NCBI RefSeq assembly: GCF_000143415.4 | Contig: NW_003314277.1 | Coordinates: 1,811,185-1,875,184, forward strand | Reading direction: 5' to 3' | Length of the DNA stretch: 64,000 bases | Source of the DNA: Selaginella moellendorffii | Taxonomy: Eukaryota > Plantae > Lycopodiophyta | Part shown: positions 38,299 through 51,693 of the stretch, one piece after another | Layout of the letters: each line of letters opens with the position of its first letter | Numbering within the stretch: position 1 is the first letter of the stretch | Notes under the pieces: generated by a model | The model's input: the letters and a program-made list of their open reading frames with translations, nothing else | Told to the model about the DNA's origin: nothing | Databases searched by the model: none | Made by a program: the position numbers and the translations under genes

Positions 38299-38663
38299 CG
38301 CGGAGATCGATCGATCGATCGAGAGAGAGAGAGCGCAAGAGAAAGAGATCGCGCAGCGCGAGCGCCAAACAAACCCTAGCCCCGAGAAGCCCTAAAAAAG
38401 ATCTTGTCGAGGAGAGGGAGTATAGGCTAGGGTTTCGTGACGAGCGGGGGCGGCAGTGGAGCTTTCGGCGCAGCGGCATTGGCGATTCTCGCGTCGGCAT
38501 CATCGATCCAGGCTCGCATCTGTAAGCGCGCCTCGAATTTTGGGATAGGTTTTAGTGCTGCTACTCGGGAAGAATCGTCCGATTCCAACGATAGATCGAG
38601 CTGCTGTACAGGGAGCCGAGGGGATTCCATTCCTTTCTGATTTTCGCTTGCATTCTTTCGTCC

Positions 38664-40630
38664 ATGGCGGGGCTGCTTGGCGGTGATCCTGCTCAGTTGA
38701 ATTTGGATGCCGGTGGCTCGTCGGCCATTTTGCAAGGCAAACTCGAGGAGGCCGACCACTCCAGCACAAATTGGTACTTTCCCAGGGAAGAACTTGACAG
38801 GACATCGCCATCGCTCCGTGATGGAATCGACTCGAGAAGGGAGACTTACTTTCGAAAGTCCTACTGTACTTTTTTACAGGACCTCGGCATGCGACTAAAA
38901 GTGTAAGCTTGTTCTCTTCTCCTTCGTCTTGTTCTTCTCGGATTTTTCTTTCTTTTCTTCTCTCACTCAGACTCATTGACGGTTTGATTTTTTTTCTTGT
39001 TCTTTCGTTCTTTGCAGCCCACAGGTGACTATTGCCACCGCAATTACATTTTGTCATCGTTTCTATCTTCGGCAATCCCATGCAAGAAACGATAGATTTG
39101 TAAGTTCTGAGTTACTGTTGACGCCTAGCTGATACTGATAAGCTTCGTACCGATCTAGATGATTGCTACTGTGTGTATGTTCTTGGCGGGGAAAGTGGAA
39201 GAAACCCCTCGCGTCTTGAAAGACGTAATATATGTTTCTTATACTCTTAGGAATAAGAAGGACCCTTCTGCAAATAATCGGATCAAACAAAAGGTCTGAA
39301 ACTTTTTCTCTACTGGTTTTCTCTGCTGCTACTGCTGAAAATCTGCGTGGAAAACTCTCTCCAGGATTTGTACGAGGCACAAAAGCAGCTTGTGCTGTAC
39401 GGGGAGCGCCTCGTCCTCACTACACTAGGATTCGATCTAAACGTTCACCATCCATACAGACCGCTGGTGGCCGCCATAAAAAAGTTCAACGTCTCTCAAC
39501 ATGCGCTGGCTCAAGTTGCGTGGAACTTTGTCAATGATGGGTAAGCTCTCGCACACCAGTAGGAACTTCAGTCTCGACTGGAGTGTTGGAGTCCGTGTTG
39601 TTTCATCACTTTGATGAGATGGGAATGAAGCAGTGGAAGGGATGTGCAGGCTACGCACATCGCTCTGCCTGCAGTTCAAGCCGCACCACATCGCCGCTGG
39701 TGCCATTTTCCTGGCTGCAAAGTTTCTTAAGGTGAAGCTGCCGATCGATGGTGAGCGGGCTTGGTGGCAAGAGTTTGATGTCACGCCTCGGCAACTGGAA
39801 GGTACGTTCTCTGGACTTTGATAGACTCTAGTTTCCATTGTTCTTTTTTGTTTCATTTTCATGGTCGTATTGAGAAAGGGATGCACGTCTCCTATTTTTT
39901 TGCAGAAGTCAGCAATCAAATGCTGGAACTCTACGAGCAGAACAGGGCGGGACAAAACTCTCGAAGTGACGCGCTGGAAGATCCAAACGCAAGCGACAGG
40001 AACGGGGTGGAGCCGGCAGCAAACGGCCACCTCCCGCCGGAGGAGCAGCGACGGGAAGCCGCCCTTCCACCACGCGAGGTGGAAAACAACAGAGATGGCC
40101 ACTACGAGATGGAGCGGGCGCAAGCACGGCCAAAACAGGTACCCGAGACTCAGAATGGTTACGACAGTAGAACCAGGGGGGAGGCCGGCGATCGAAGAAG
40201 GGTGGCGGATCAAACCGACACCGCCCGTGACGAAGTTCACCACAAAGACTTTGCGGACAGCAACTTGGATGATAGAGTGGAGAGAGTACAGCAACAACAA
40301 CAGGATTCCAGCAAGAGGAAACGAGAGATGATCGAGAAGAAGTGGTCCAAGCCCGAGGAAGGCGAGCTTCCTCCAAGCCGGGGCGAGGATCAACAGCAAC
40401 ACTACCATTCATCGTCACGGCCGACTGGAGAGAAACGCTACGATTCTAGCGACCGGGACTATCGTAGCAGCCGAGAGTCTGGACAGGATTATCGCCACCA
40501 CAGCAGCGACCACCACGGAAGTTATCACTACCAGGGTGGCGGCGGCGAGAACCGGAGCCGGAATCACTCCAAGGATCGAGGAGAGTGGCAAGAGCGGGAT
40601 CAAAAGAAGAACCGGCACAAGTACTCGTGA
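38664..40630 (+). CDS. CYCT1: Cyclin T1 (P-TEFb subunit), multi-exon
   Basis: WYF.REEL...[79 protein letters not shown]. Confidence 0.93.
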
Positions 40631-41568
40631 AGAAAAAAGACGAGAAAAGGCTTAACTAGTACGAAATGCTTCCGTGTTGTACGATTCGGGGGTTTGGTAC
40701 GGCGTCCGGTGTTTTGACTTGAATTGGTGTCGTTGTCAACGGTGGTCTCGAGATTTTCACCCCATGTGATCGACCGAGGTAAACAAATATTTTCCGTTGA
40801 CGACGTTGACATACCGCCGCCTCAAAAGGAGAGATTATTTTTTTCACCTCATGATAAAAAGCGCGTGGTAAACATTCGTACTGTAACTTTGGTGATCTTA
40901 GAAACCACGAGAAAAGGTGTTACCTTGTCCTGGATGGATGGATTTAGCAAAGATTGGAAATATTTTTCTCGTGGTGATGTTCTTGGAACCATGGGAATGG
41001 ATCACGTCGATTCAAAGACAATGACGTTCTTCTCTCCTTTCCTCGGTTGCATACATAGTACTCCAGGGCAGACCTTTTGCGTTGTTTATAGTTTAGTTTC
41101 GCAGAGACAATGGTGGTGGTGGCCCCAAGAAATCCCACGAAGAACCCTAAAATCTCAACGGTCGCGATTGGCCAGGCCCCGGGCAATCAAGGGCTAACGG
41201 GAAAACCAGCGCGATCGGGGGATCGTTGTCCCTCATCAATGTCGGAGGCCGCCGACCGCGTTCTCGATCGTTGGATGGCGAGAAAAAAACTGCAATTAAA
41301 AACGATATAAAAACGAGTTAATGCAATTAATATTAGTGAGGAAAATGGGAAAAAAAGGTGGAAACGAAGAAGTCGCAGTTATTATTTTGTGATTATTTAC
41401 TGATTTGATCTTCTCGAACGTGGACATTGATAGGTGCGGAGATTTTCGTACTTTGCGCGCGTAGATGCGTGCATACATACGCTTTGGTGGTGGCGCTACC
41501 CTTTTTCTTCTTTCTTGTGTGTTGTAATTTTGCTGTTCTTGATTTAGGGTTCTTCGCTTCTTCTCCAA

Positions 41569-43287
41569 ATGGATCCATTCCAGGGCGATGTGTTTGGCGA
41601 ATTCGCGCACGACGACGAGTCGCTCAATCAGCTCGTCGGCAGCGGCTCCTTCTGCTGCGCTTTCTCCCAGGATCATCATCAGCACCACCATCAATGCCCT
41701 TCGTTCTCGCTCGACGCCGCCTCCAGCACCTGCGACCATCTCCTCTCGCCTTCCGACACCGATTCCTTCGGAATTCCTGGCAAGAATCACAGCCCCGGCT
41801 CCGCCTCCGAGAACCTGTCCATCATCTCCTCTTCTTGCGGCGGCGCGTCGTGCTTCCTCGAATTTGGCGGCGCTGGCGCTGGCGCTGGCTCCACCGACAG
41901 CAGCCCCGCCTCGTCCATCGTGGAGCAAGCCGCCGCTTACACCACCGCCGCTGGCTTCGATCATCCTCCTCCTCCGCCACCGCCCCCGGTCGATCTCCAT
42001 GGCGCCGCGTCGCTGCTCGAATCTTGGCACTTTCTCCAGTACGAGTCTCTCCCAGGTCTGCTGCATATCCCAGAGCCTGTGGATCACTTCTCCAAGCTCT
42101 CGGGATCCTCCTCCTCGCCGCCATCGTTCGACCTCCTCCCCGGTGGCACTGCCTCGTCCCATGACGACGTGATCATCCTCGGCAGCTTGCTCGATCACCA
42201 CCACCCGCATTCTCGAGCTCACGAGGTCATGATCCAGCAGCAAGAAAACGCTCCCCGAGCCGGCGATGATCGTCACGTCCCTGAGCAGGAGCTTGCCCGC
42301 GGTGCTCGCCTCGCGCCTTGCAGTGACGATGATCACACCGATATCGACATGATCGATCGCCGCGAGCTTTGCAGCAGCAAGGAGCAGCCCAAGCTCATGG
42401 AGGTCGAAGCCTCGCCTCCAGTGGCAGCGTCTCATCAGTCCAACAAGCGTCAGCGTGGATGCTTCACGCTCCAGAACGTCTCCGAGTCACTCCAGCACCA
42501 CTCGGTGATCTTCCACAACGTCGGAGTGGCGGCCAAATTGTCCGAGGCAATGCTCCTCCAGATCAACAGCAGTGTGGCGAGGAATCCATCTCCAGTATCT
42601 CCAGTCGCAGCTTCGGCTCGGAATCCAAGCAGCACCATCACCAGCAGCAGCGCCACCACCACTACCAGCACTGGCAGCGGCGGTGGCGGCCATGGATCAT
42701 TCTCGTATCGATTCAAGGAGACGGTGGAGCCGCAAAGCATCGCGGCGAGGCAGCGGCGGAAGAAGATCAGCGAGAGGGTCCGGGAGCTGGAGAAGCTGGT
42801 CCCGGGCGGGAACAAGCTGGATACGGCGTCGATGCTGGACGAGGCCATACGGTTCGTCAAGTTCCTCCAGATACAGGTCCAGCTTCTTGAGGCCGTTGGT
42901 AATGGAGGGCATGGGAATTATGGCGCTAATAATCACTGCCTTAACGTGCCTCTTAATCACCAGGCCAGGATGTTTCCGTTTTCCTCATCGCCCAGTTCCT
43001 CCATAGCCATCTCTTCTCCTTGTTCTTCTTCCTCGTCCTCTTCTTCTTCTTCTTGTGCTTCCTCGTCGTGTAACTTGGCTTCCATGGCGATCGCGACGAG
43101 CTCGGTGGTGGCGATGAGCCCGGCCTCGATCGCGGACTCGGTGCTGCTGCTGGGATCCAGGAGGAGTTCGTCCGCGAGCTCGTCCTCGCCGCTGGTGCTC
43201 ACCGAGACGCTGCAGCATGCCCTGTTCAAGCACAAGCGCTGCGTTGCGACGATCCAGCAGTGTCCAGTGGAGCACTTGCTGCTGTGA
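41569..43287 (+). CDS. Intronless bHLH transcription factor, subfamily VIII (VIIIa/b-like)
   Basis: [47 protein letters not shown] within a 572 aa ORF. Confidence 0.9.
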   Translation: MDPFQGDVFGEFAHDDESLNQLVGSGSFCCAFSQDHHQHHHQCPSFSLDAASSTCDHLLSPSDTDSFGIPGKNHSPGSASENLSIISSSCGGASCFLEFGGAGAGAGSTDSSPASSIVEQAAAYTTAAGFDHPPPPPPPPVDLHGAASLLESWHFLQYESLPGLLHIPEPVDHFSKLSGSSSSPPSFDLLPGGTASSHDDVIILGSLLDHHHPHSRAHEVMIQQQENAPRAGDDRHVPEQELARGARLAPCSDDDHTDIDMIDRRELCSSKEQPKLMEVEASPPVAASHQSNKRQRGCFTLQNVSESLQHHSVIFHNVGVAAKLSEAMLLQINSSVARNPSPVSPVAASARNPSSTITSSSATTTTSTGSGGGGHGSFSYRFKETVEPQSIAARQRRKKISERVRELEKLVPGGNKLDTASMLDEAIRFVKFLQIQVQLLEAVGNGGHGNYGANNHCLNVPLNHQARMFPFSSSPSSSIAISSPCSSSSSSSSSSCASSSCNLASMAIATSSVVAMSPASIADSVLLLGSRRSSSASSSSPLVLTETLQHALFKHKRCVATIQQCPVEHLLL

Positions 43288-44918
43288 TCGTCGAATCTCG
43301 ATCCAGTAGTCAGCATTATCTTCTAGGATTAGTGCTCTTGAGTTGAAAACGTTGGATGTTTCTCCATGCTAGACTATGATTGTATCAATATTTAACTTTT
43401 CTCAAAGCAAAGCAGTTTACCATATAAGACACCAATTGTAATGATCAAAAAGATGATCAAGAAACATCGGCTCTGCCCGAAAACTTTAGACACGAACTTT
43501 TGAAGTGCAGCAACTTGCAAGTATTTTAAAGTTTTTCGAATTCTTTTCTAGTTATTTAAAAGCGCTTTTCAAATTCTTTGTGAGTTCTGTGAAGATGATG
43601 ATATAACAAATAAAAAATCGACAGTATGCTTAGAAAAAGGAGAGAAAAACAGCAAAGGACACATGAAGCTGCAGTCTCCATCGCAAGAATTCAATGTGGA
43701 ATGTTTTCAGATTGAATGGAATAGATATGTTGCGTGGGGAATCATGATCCTCATATGAAACCTCGAGTTAATGTAGGCACATATCACACATCAGTCTGAT
43801 TGTTAGGGTGATGCCTTTCGGTTTGAACAATCCTCGCAACAGAAAAGAAAAACATAAACAAATCATATGCACTTCCCTTTCACTGTGGTTATTGGAGTCC
43901 AGCCAAATGATTCCCAAGTAGCAGCCGTCCGTATATTCCAAATTCGACCATATGCTGCCTGCATGCACACACAGACACCAACAATCAATTCTTTGAAATT
44001 GTGCGTGTGCACGCGACTGATGTTTCAACCATTATTATTACTATTATTTTAGAAAAGTTTAAAAGTAATCTTCAGCCCAGCTCCAGATAGTGATAGACAA
44101 GTTGTAACAAGGCTCTAGTTTTTCATATGCAATCAAGGTGGCCATCAAAACACTTACAGGCAGCAACCGCGCTAAATTAACTCTTTCTCTTTCTCGCTCG
44201 CTCGGCTTGGGCCTTGCTTTCTCCTCTGCGTTTAATTTCGCTCTGGGAGATCTTTTGATTGCGTTGTTATGATCCATGAATGTTTTGCATTGACCTGTGG
44301 CAAGAAATCGATAACCACACAATAATGTTTCTCCCTGTAGCTTGATTTCTTTGAAAGGAATGAAAGAGATGCACGTATGCATGCATACCTGGTCCGAAAC
44401 GCGTGTGTCCTCACGTCCACCTTCATTCTCGGCGTTATCTCCCGGATGGAGATTGTTCGTGGAGATGGAGCTCATCCATCTTCACTCGCATTATAATGCC
44501 TGGGAAAGGAAAAGAAAACAACTTGCTCCAAACTCGGAGAGACCTTTCACTCACGTCAATCGCTTCACTCACTTCTCACTGCTACTCTCTCGGTCGTTTG
44601 GCTTACCCATCGCGCCGTTCCAACCAAGGGCTTGGTCCAAAATGGTCGATTTTGATCCTTGTGGCGCGTATGAACTCCCTTTAAGTGCCTGACGAAACTC
44701 TGTACCATGTTACGTTGTCTTAAGATAAAACGCGGTGTGGCTCATGCCTGCGTGTAATCATAATGTTTGCTGTCAAGGAGAAATATAATGGCTTTAACGA
44801 GCTTCGACTTGCCTGCTTCCATGGTGAGTGCTGGTTCCAGAGCGTTGCTAACTGGCGCCACTACCTGCGAATCCATAACACTGCTGAGTCGTACTGCGAT
44901 TGAAAGCCCCGCAGGGTA

Positions 44919-47469
44919 TTAACCTTGGCTGGTCGGTCGTGCACGGTTTGTCTCGCTCAAACGCGTAGGGGCTATATGAGACAAAGCCGAGTGAACATCA
45001 TGTAGCTGCAAATAAGAACTTACCAGCCGGTGCTCGGGAGCTTTCCTTGCTCTCAAACAAGGAGAGAAAAACTCGTGCTGCATTGCCTCGCGAGCGCTTA
45101 TCCTCTCTTCGGGGTTAGCTTTCAGGCACTTGCTGATCAGGTCGAGAAAAGAAGAAGGTAGTTCAGGTGATTTGATCCACTCGGATATGGAGGTACCATC
45201 ACAATCGTGTTTCAGTTCCTGAACGGCAAGCTTTTGATAAAACCAAGAAAGAGAGATAAAAAATAAAATCGTTCTACCTCAAGGAAGCACGTTTTTTTGG
45301 TTCCCACGAGTTCTTTCAACTCCCTTGTACCACATAGCTTTGCAATCTCCTGGATTGTCCTGCAGCATGCGTATGAAGAGCAATAAGAGAAGTTTCTTAA
45401 ATGCAACAGATGGTCGTACTTGGGGACTCCACCGTTAGAAAAGGGCAGCTTTCCAGTTGCGATCTGGAGTAGCGTTACAGCAGCGGACCAGATGTCAACC
45501 TTTACAGTTTGTGGAGAACCCAGCAAAACCTGTATCCAAGTGATCACATAGAGTGAAAAGTGCAGGAAAAATCAGCTAAGTACCTCTGGGGCGCCATATC
45601 CTTTTGTTCCAACGCAAGCTATTCTCCCTGGTTTTACAACTTCAGAGGGTCAGCACGGCTGTAGAACAAATGCTTACGTCGATCGAGAGAACAAGACGGA
45701 TAGATTGTTGCGAGCGGCTTGATATCTGTGACTGACGTCGGCTTCAAACCCACTCTCTTGCGAGCCTGGTTGGAAGGGATATTGCTCGTCACATATTCCC
45801 TGAGAGGCTTTCTTGTCATCTGCACAGGCTGCATGTGTTCCTAAAGAGCAGAAATTCATCTCAAGAAGTTATAGCACAACATGGAATAGCCTACCTGAGA
45901 CTTATAGTCAGCCGAACGTAATCTCTTTAGCATTTTATCGAAATCTTCGGCGTCTGCCTCCAGTCGAGAGCACTGTAATAAGGCGTTCCGTTCCTCTGTG
46001 AAAGTAATGTCGGCTGGCAGACTGCATTGCATCTGTCTGTTTTGGTTTGGCAGTCTTCCTGATCACATAAAGAACTTTCCATAAATTGCTAGAATAGATT
46101 GCCAATAGAATGCTTACTTTTAGCCCTTCCAGCGAGATCCTGTTCCTTGCAATAACGAAAGTTAGCATCCAGATAATAAAACTATAAAAGCGTACCAATG
46201 CAAGATTAAAATCCACTAAATGCCCCACTTTGCTTTTCCTTGAATAGAGGAAATTTCCTGGCTTCACATCCCTGTGTATAATGTTCTGCAGAAGTTCAAA
46301 TGTAAAAACAGTGTTGACAAAAAAAAAAAAAAACAGGCCAACCTTTTGGTGCATGTAATTCAGCGCTTTGAACAGATGAAAACCATACGATCGTAGATCA
46401 TTCATACTAATGTCTTTCTTCAGCGACTGTAACAAATTAAGTTAGTCTAGAAAGTGGAAGAATAGTGTAAAACCTGAATGCTGTCGTATTCGACATGTTC
46501 CAGAACAAGATATTTCTTTTCACCGTCTCTAATGACTTCCTCCAACCTGATTATGCTGTGCTTGCCTCTATGTAAAGCAGAAACATCAAACGAAATCTTA
46601 CGAGAATAAAGATAAGCTTACCCAAACAATTTCAGCAATTTTATCTCCTTGTCAACACTCGCAGCAATTTTATCTCCTTGAAGTGGACCTGTGAGAATCG
46701 TTAGCAAAAGCCCTGGCCCAAAAAATATACAAAGAAACAACGCACACTTGATGGCAAAGAGCCGGCCATCTCCAAAGCGCCTCGCCTTAAAAACCACGCT
46801 ATAAGCTCCTGAAAATATAAAGTTAGAGGATGGAATCTAGAGCGAAAGAATTAAAATGAGAAAAAGGAAAAGAATTACCCGAGCCTTCCACGCCTTCTAT
46901 CCTGTAGTTCTGCAAATTTGGAATGGGGATTGGTCCCTATGAAAGCCAGAAGTTAGGCTAGAAAGAAAGCTCCAAAAGAAGGCTACCTTTGTTCTATGGT
47001 GGAAAACTTCGTCGATGGCTTTAGCACTGTGTGGCGCTATCGGAACAAGCTCATGAGCGACCTCTTGCCTTTGATCCTCGTTGTCGGGAACTAAATTTGA
47101 AGCCTCGAATTCGAGGACAGTCTCACCTTGGAGATCGTCTGGGGCTTCGAGACAAGCCCTTTGATCTACCGGCAAAGAATCCACGTCCGCGGCGACACCA
47201 TTTCCTTTGCCCTGATTACCGTCACGATTGGCGCCGGAGAGCTCCAGATCTTCTTTTGCCTCGCACTCCACAGCACCAGAGTCGCACCTATCGGCGCCAG
47301 GGCAAGAGATGAAGAGCCTTCTGGCTTTTCCCTTGAGAGGAGGCGGCGGCTCTTCCTCTGGTCGCCTTCTTTTCTCCAGACAGCTGCCTACCTGCGATGG
47401 ATCCACATCCAGCTTCCTGCGAATGTAGCCGCGAAATCGCGAGAGCAATGCGATGGAGAATCCCGCCAT
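44919..47469 (-). CDS. CDC7: CDC7-like Ser/Thr kinase, many short exons (3' end approximate)
   Basis: EGSGAYSVVFKA, FAIKCP, HRDVKPGNFL, LVDFNLA, kinase insert, VGTKGYGAPEVL, KVDIWSA, RISAREAMQHEFF. Confidence 0.85.
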
Positions 47470-47566
47470 CGCTACGCCACGGTTGCGCGCGATCTGAAGA
47501 ACCCTAGGTAGCAAAAAGTAGCGGGAAAATTTCAAGTGATCTATTAGGGTTTATGGTTTTAGGGCT
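47470..47566. promoter_or_regulatory. 97 bp bidirectional promoter with oppositely oriented telo-boxes
   Basis: AACCCTAG at ~47500 and TAGGGTTT at ~47545, between the divergent CDC7 and coilin ATGs. Confidence 0.6.
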
Positions 47567-49822
47567 ATGGCATTGAGGCTTCGTCTCCGCTTCGATGGCG
47601 CTTGCGGCCTCGCGAAGAATTCGCAGGGCATGCTGCAGTGGTGGTTCTCGGTCTCGGATTCCATGGCGACAATCGCTGATCTCGCCGCGGGGATTGTGTC
47701 GTTCTTCCACTTACAGCGCTCTTGTCCTTACGGTGTTCTTCTCCTGGTAAGCATGTAAGAAGTGAATGTAGGCCTCTTAATCGATCGACCAGATGGAAGA
47801 TTTCGCTCTGCCGCCCTTGCAATCGATCGGCTTGCTGAGTGACAAGGATATCATCACGTAAGTTTTTTCAATGTTCGTTCCTTCTCTTGAAAATGTAATC
47901 GTTTGTTTTGCAGTGTGAAGCCTTTGGAATTTCCTCCACACGCGCCTTTGAAATGGGGACAGCTCCCAGAAGAAGACGATGGCAACAAAGTGCTGAGAAT
48001 TTGCGCTCAAGATGAGTTTGAAAAGGAGTCGGGCGGATACAAAAGCGAAGACGAAGGGCTCGCACAGACAGCTTCCATCGACGAAGATTTTCCGAGAAGG
48101 CCAAGGTCTTTGCAAATGAAAGAGAGGTACCGTGTTTTATTTTTTTTTCCTTTGCTGCCTTTGTGACTTGGAAACATTCTTTAGGCTGAAGAAGATGTTA
48201 AAACCCGTGGCCAAAGTTTTCAAACGTAAGACTGCCAATGTTGACAAGAAGCCGAAAAGAAAGTAAGATTGTGTGATATATTTGTGCGTTGTTTCTATAG
48301 CGCCGATTTGCAGGAAACAAGCAGAAAAAGATGAAACCGAAAACGGTGAGGTGTTGTCGAGCAAGAAGACCAAGAAAAAGAAGAGAAAGATCGAAGAAGA
48401 GGAGGACGACAGCTCAGAAGACGATAAACATGAAGTCCAAAAAGATGAGCCCAGGTACACATTTTAGGCTCTCGTGTACGCTTGTTGTCTTGTGGCATAA
48501 GTTGTTCTCACGTCTTATGACATATCAGAAATGACGAGCCCAAGAACAACGAAGCACAAGAAAAGGTAGACGCTTATTATTGAAAGATACTCAACGAAGA
48601 TTGTATTGCAGACCATTAGTAGGAGTTCTCGAAGGAAGAAAGCAAAACGTGCTTGGCTAAGAACGAACAAGCTCGCACAGGCTGCGGAAGTGAGTTTCTT
48701 GTTTTCTCATGTGTCCCAAAACACTATTTCCATTGCAGGTTGGTCGTGAAAACACTACAGTTGACATTCAGTTGCCAGAGGAGCAAGTTGCGAAGCCTAC
48801 GGTAGTAGCTCCCGGGCATATACGATTTGAACCTCTTGATTCTGGTATGTGAGCTTCTCTCAAGAGTAAGATTCTGACTCTCGTGAAATGGCTGTGCAGA
48901 TGAAAACGAGAGCACTCCTGTGGTAAGCTTGGTGTTAGAGATGTTTGCTTGATAATTGAACAACCGGTTTTTTTGCAGCCTATGAATTTTGGTGGTGGAC
49001 TTAAAAGCAAGAAGCAGGGGCAGAGTTGGGGCCAGCAGAAGCGATCAGGACGCCAGGAGAGAACGTGGAACAGCACAGTGGGAGAAGAAGCAAGAACAGT
49101 CCAAGAATACAAGACCATTGCAGAGGCAACGCTCGATTTTAACAGCCTTCCGCTGCTGCAAGGCATTCCAGAGGTTTAAATTGATTCCAGAATTTGTTTC
49201 AGTTGACGGAAGTTTTTACTTTGCGGCAGGAGGGAGATGTTCTTGCTTACAAACTGGTGGAGCTATCCACATCTGGAACACCGGAGGTTTCTTCATTCAG
49301 AGTAAGTTTCAACTCCACAAGTCTCTTAGTCCTTAAAGCCTGTGTGGTTTGACAGGTGGGAAAGGTTACAATCTACGACAATAACTCGAAGGTTGTGAAA
49401 CTGGTTCCAGTCCAGGACTATCCACTGGAAAGAATAAATGAGGAGTCGGAATTCCCCGAGCCTTACCAGGAAGATGGCTCGCTCGAGGTAAATGCCGTGG
49501 ACGTGTTTTTGGCACTAGAGTTTCCATGATTCCAGATGGATATCTCACTCCTTGTGGAAGCGCACATACTCCAAGGGAACACCACAACGAGCACACAGAA
49601 CACAAAGACGACACCTTCTGGTATGAAACTCTCCTTCAAATTTTCAAACTTCCAAAACTCTCTACTGCAGAGAATGGTTTGCTTCCTGAGCCAGCGAACA
49701 AAAAAGAGGAAGAGCTCAAGGTCCCTCCAACAAAAGCCGAGAGGTGGCAGATCAAATCCATGAAAGCTGCCGGCTTGAGCGCTACACTGGATCGGCTACG
49801 CGCTACATGCCTAGACGAGTGA
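47567..49822 (+). CDS. COIL: Coilin (Cajal body scaffold), multi-exon
   Basis: N-terminal LRLRLRF..W...TIADL...CPYGVLLLMEDFALPP...LLSDKDII; SRSSRRKKAKRAW; Tudor-like EGDVLAYKLVELS...PEVSSFRVGKV. Confidence 0.88.
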
Positions 49823-49829
49823 GAGCTCC

Positions 49830-50849
49830 TCAAATTAGATCCGCGAAGAACGACGAAGAGCCACCACCAGGTACGTGACTCTTCCCCCTCCTGTCCATCT
49901 CTTCCTCGTTTCTAACGCTCGCATTCGCAGAGCCACCGTTGCTAGAGGCGGAGTTACCAGTCATGTCCCAGAGCTTCAAAACTTGATCGTGAGAAACGCT
50001 TCCCAGCACCGACTTATCAAACGAAAACGCCAGCCTCTCCACTGGGAAGTCCGAGTGCTCGCCAATCACGCCAGTGATCCGGTTTGGCAGTATGGAAACT
50101 TGGCGGATGATCCCATCGCTGGAACCGGTGATGAGCGTCGCCTCATCCAGCTTGAGCATGGAATCCACGGAGCTGGGATGACCCACGAAGCGATCGTCGC
50201 AGTCCTGGAACTCACCCCACGAGTAGAGCAATAGAACTCCACTTTGCGATCCACACACTACTTTGGTGCGTTGTTTAGCGAGAACCACCGAGAGGAGCTC
50301 GTCCTCGGAGAACTCGGACCGAAAATCCACCTTGTTCCTTCGCAAGCTGCTCACTGCTAGCGTTCCATCGCCGCTGACGCTCAGGAGCTCCATCATCTCG
50401 CCCACGAACTCGAGATCGCTGACGAAGTCCTCGTGCGCGGCGATGGATCCAACGCAGCGGCTCTGGCGGGTGTCCCAGATCTTGATGGTGCCGCCGTCGT
50501 CGCCCGTGGCGATGGTGGTGTCGGTGAGATTGACGATGCGGTTGATCGCGGTGTCGTGCGCGTCGGGGAATCGCGAGACGCGCTGCCCGGATTCTACTCC
50601 CGTGGCGTCGATGGAGCGATCCGGGGAGACGGAGAGGAGGATCTCGCCGGCGTTGACGAAGGCGAGGCCGCGGCAGGATTCCTTGTGTGGGCGGCAGGAC
50701 CAGAGGCGGCGCGGCGGCGGAGGATCATCGGCGGCGCAATCGGCGTACCTGTAGAGGTGGATGCGGCCAGAGACGAGGCCGGCGGCGACAAGCGGCGAGG
50801 AGGGATGGAATGCGAGGTCGAATGGCACGGATTTGAAGTGGATCTCCAT
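49830..50849 (-). CDS. WDR55: WD40 protein WDR55 (intronless)
   Basis: FDLAFHP, HKESCR, ATGDDGGTIKIWDTR, SGDGTL, SEFSEDELLSV, DCDDRFVGHP, GEHSDFPVE. Confidence 0.9.
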   Translation of the reverse strand: MEIHFKSVPFDLAFHPSSPLVAAGLVSGRIHLYRYADCAADDPPPPRRLWSCRPHKESCRGLAFVNAGEILLSVSPDRSIDATGVESGQRVSRFPDAHDTAINRIVNLTDTTIATGDDGGTIKIWDTRQSRCVGSIAAHEDFVSDLEFVGEMMELLSVSGDGTLAVSSLRRNKVDFRSEFSEDELLSVVLAKQRTKVVCGSQSGVLLLYSWGEFQDCDDRFVGHPSSVDSMLKLDEATLITGSSDGIIRQVSILPNRITGVIGEHSDFPVERLAFSFDKSVLGSVSHDQVLKLWDMTGNSASSNGGSANASVRNEEEMDRRGKSHVPGGGSSSFFADLI

Positions 50850-50967
50850 GGCCGCGGCGCGCAAGAACCCTAAAAACCCAAAACCTCTTAGAGCTTTATG
50901 AATGGAATGGAATGTTCTCCAAAACAAAACAAAGGAAAAAATGCTGGGGAATTCGCGAAGCTATGGA

Positions 50968-51311
50968 TCATCTTTGTGGCTCCAATGGCGGCTTCCCTGT
51001 CATGTTGGCAACGACCTGCGCAAGAGAATCGATCTAAATGAGAAGAGGAGGAGAGATTCTTGAGCTCAAACTCACGGATTTAAGATTGGGGTTTGGAGGC
51101 TGCTCGGATTTGTAGAGCGCCTCGCGCAGCGGAGGAACAACGAGCGGAAGAATCAATCCTGCCCACCAAAATCAAAGACTTTGACCCCCAAACTGCGAGA
51201 GATCGCTCAATTCCACTCACCGATCGATGCTACGATGCCGCTGATCACTAAAACCGGCTGGTTGAGCACCAGCGCCTTCATCTTCACATTGAATCCATGC
51301 GTGTCCCCCAT
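50968..51311 (-). CDS. Small mitochondrial complex I subunit NDUFA3/B9 (NI9M)-like, 3 exons
   Basis: MGDTHGFNVKMKALVLNQPVLVISGIVASIGLILPLVVPPLREAL...: single transmembrane segment with the QPV...G..LP.VVPP pattern. Confidence 0.6.
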
Positions 51312-51693
51312 TTTGCCTCTCCTCTCCCTCGCTAGAACCCTAGAATCTCTTCTAGCCCTAGCACCACATTTCTTGCCACGTGTCAGTACGAAGAATATTT
51401 TAAATTTAAAAAAGTGATTCCTCTTTCCTCGATTCATCCATGCCTTTCGGTTGCCTCAACTGTCAGCCTAAAGTGGCGCGCCGACGGCCTCCAGCGCGCC
51501 ACGTGGCCGTCTCGAAGCGTTCCCTGGATTCATGGGAATGCATATAGCTAGGCGCGATGAGAGAGATCCAAAGTAGAGAAGAAGAGGGCCAAATATATTT
51601 TAGGGTTCTTGGGCGCGCGCGCGCGCGGGGCTCTCGTCCAATGCCGGCTACCGGCCGATGAGACGGCGGCGGCACGATGGTATGTAGAGAGGA

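Noticed and set aside
41296-42435. 379 aa antisense ORF, and similar shadow ORFs across 30-64 kb
   Set aside because: Antisense or alternative frames of GC-rich real genes, with no domain motifs.
44059-44692. ORFs and an 11 bp hairpin (44459-44485) between bHLH and CDC7
   Set aside because: No homology-like motifs, and the hairpin is too short for a miRNA precursor.
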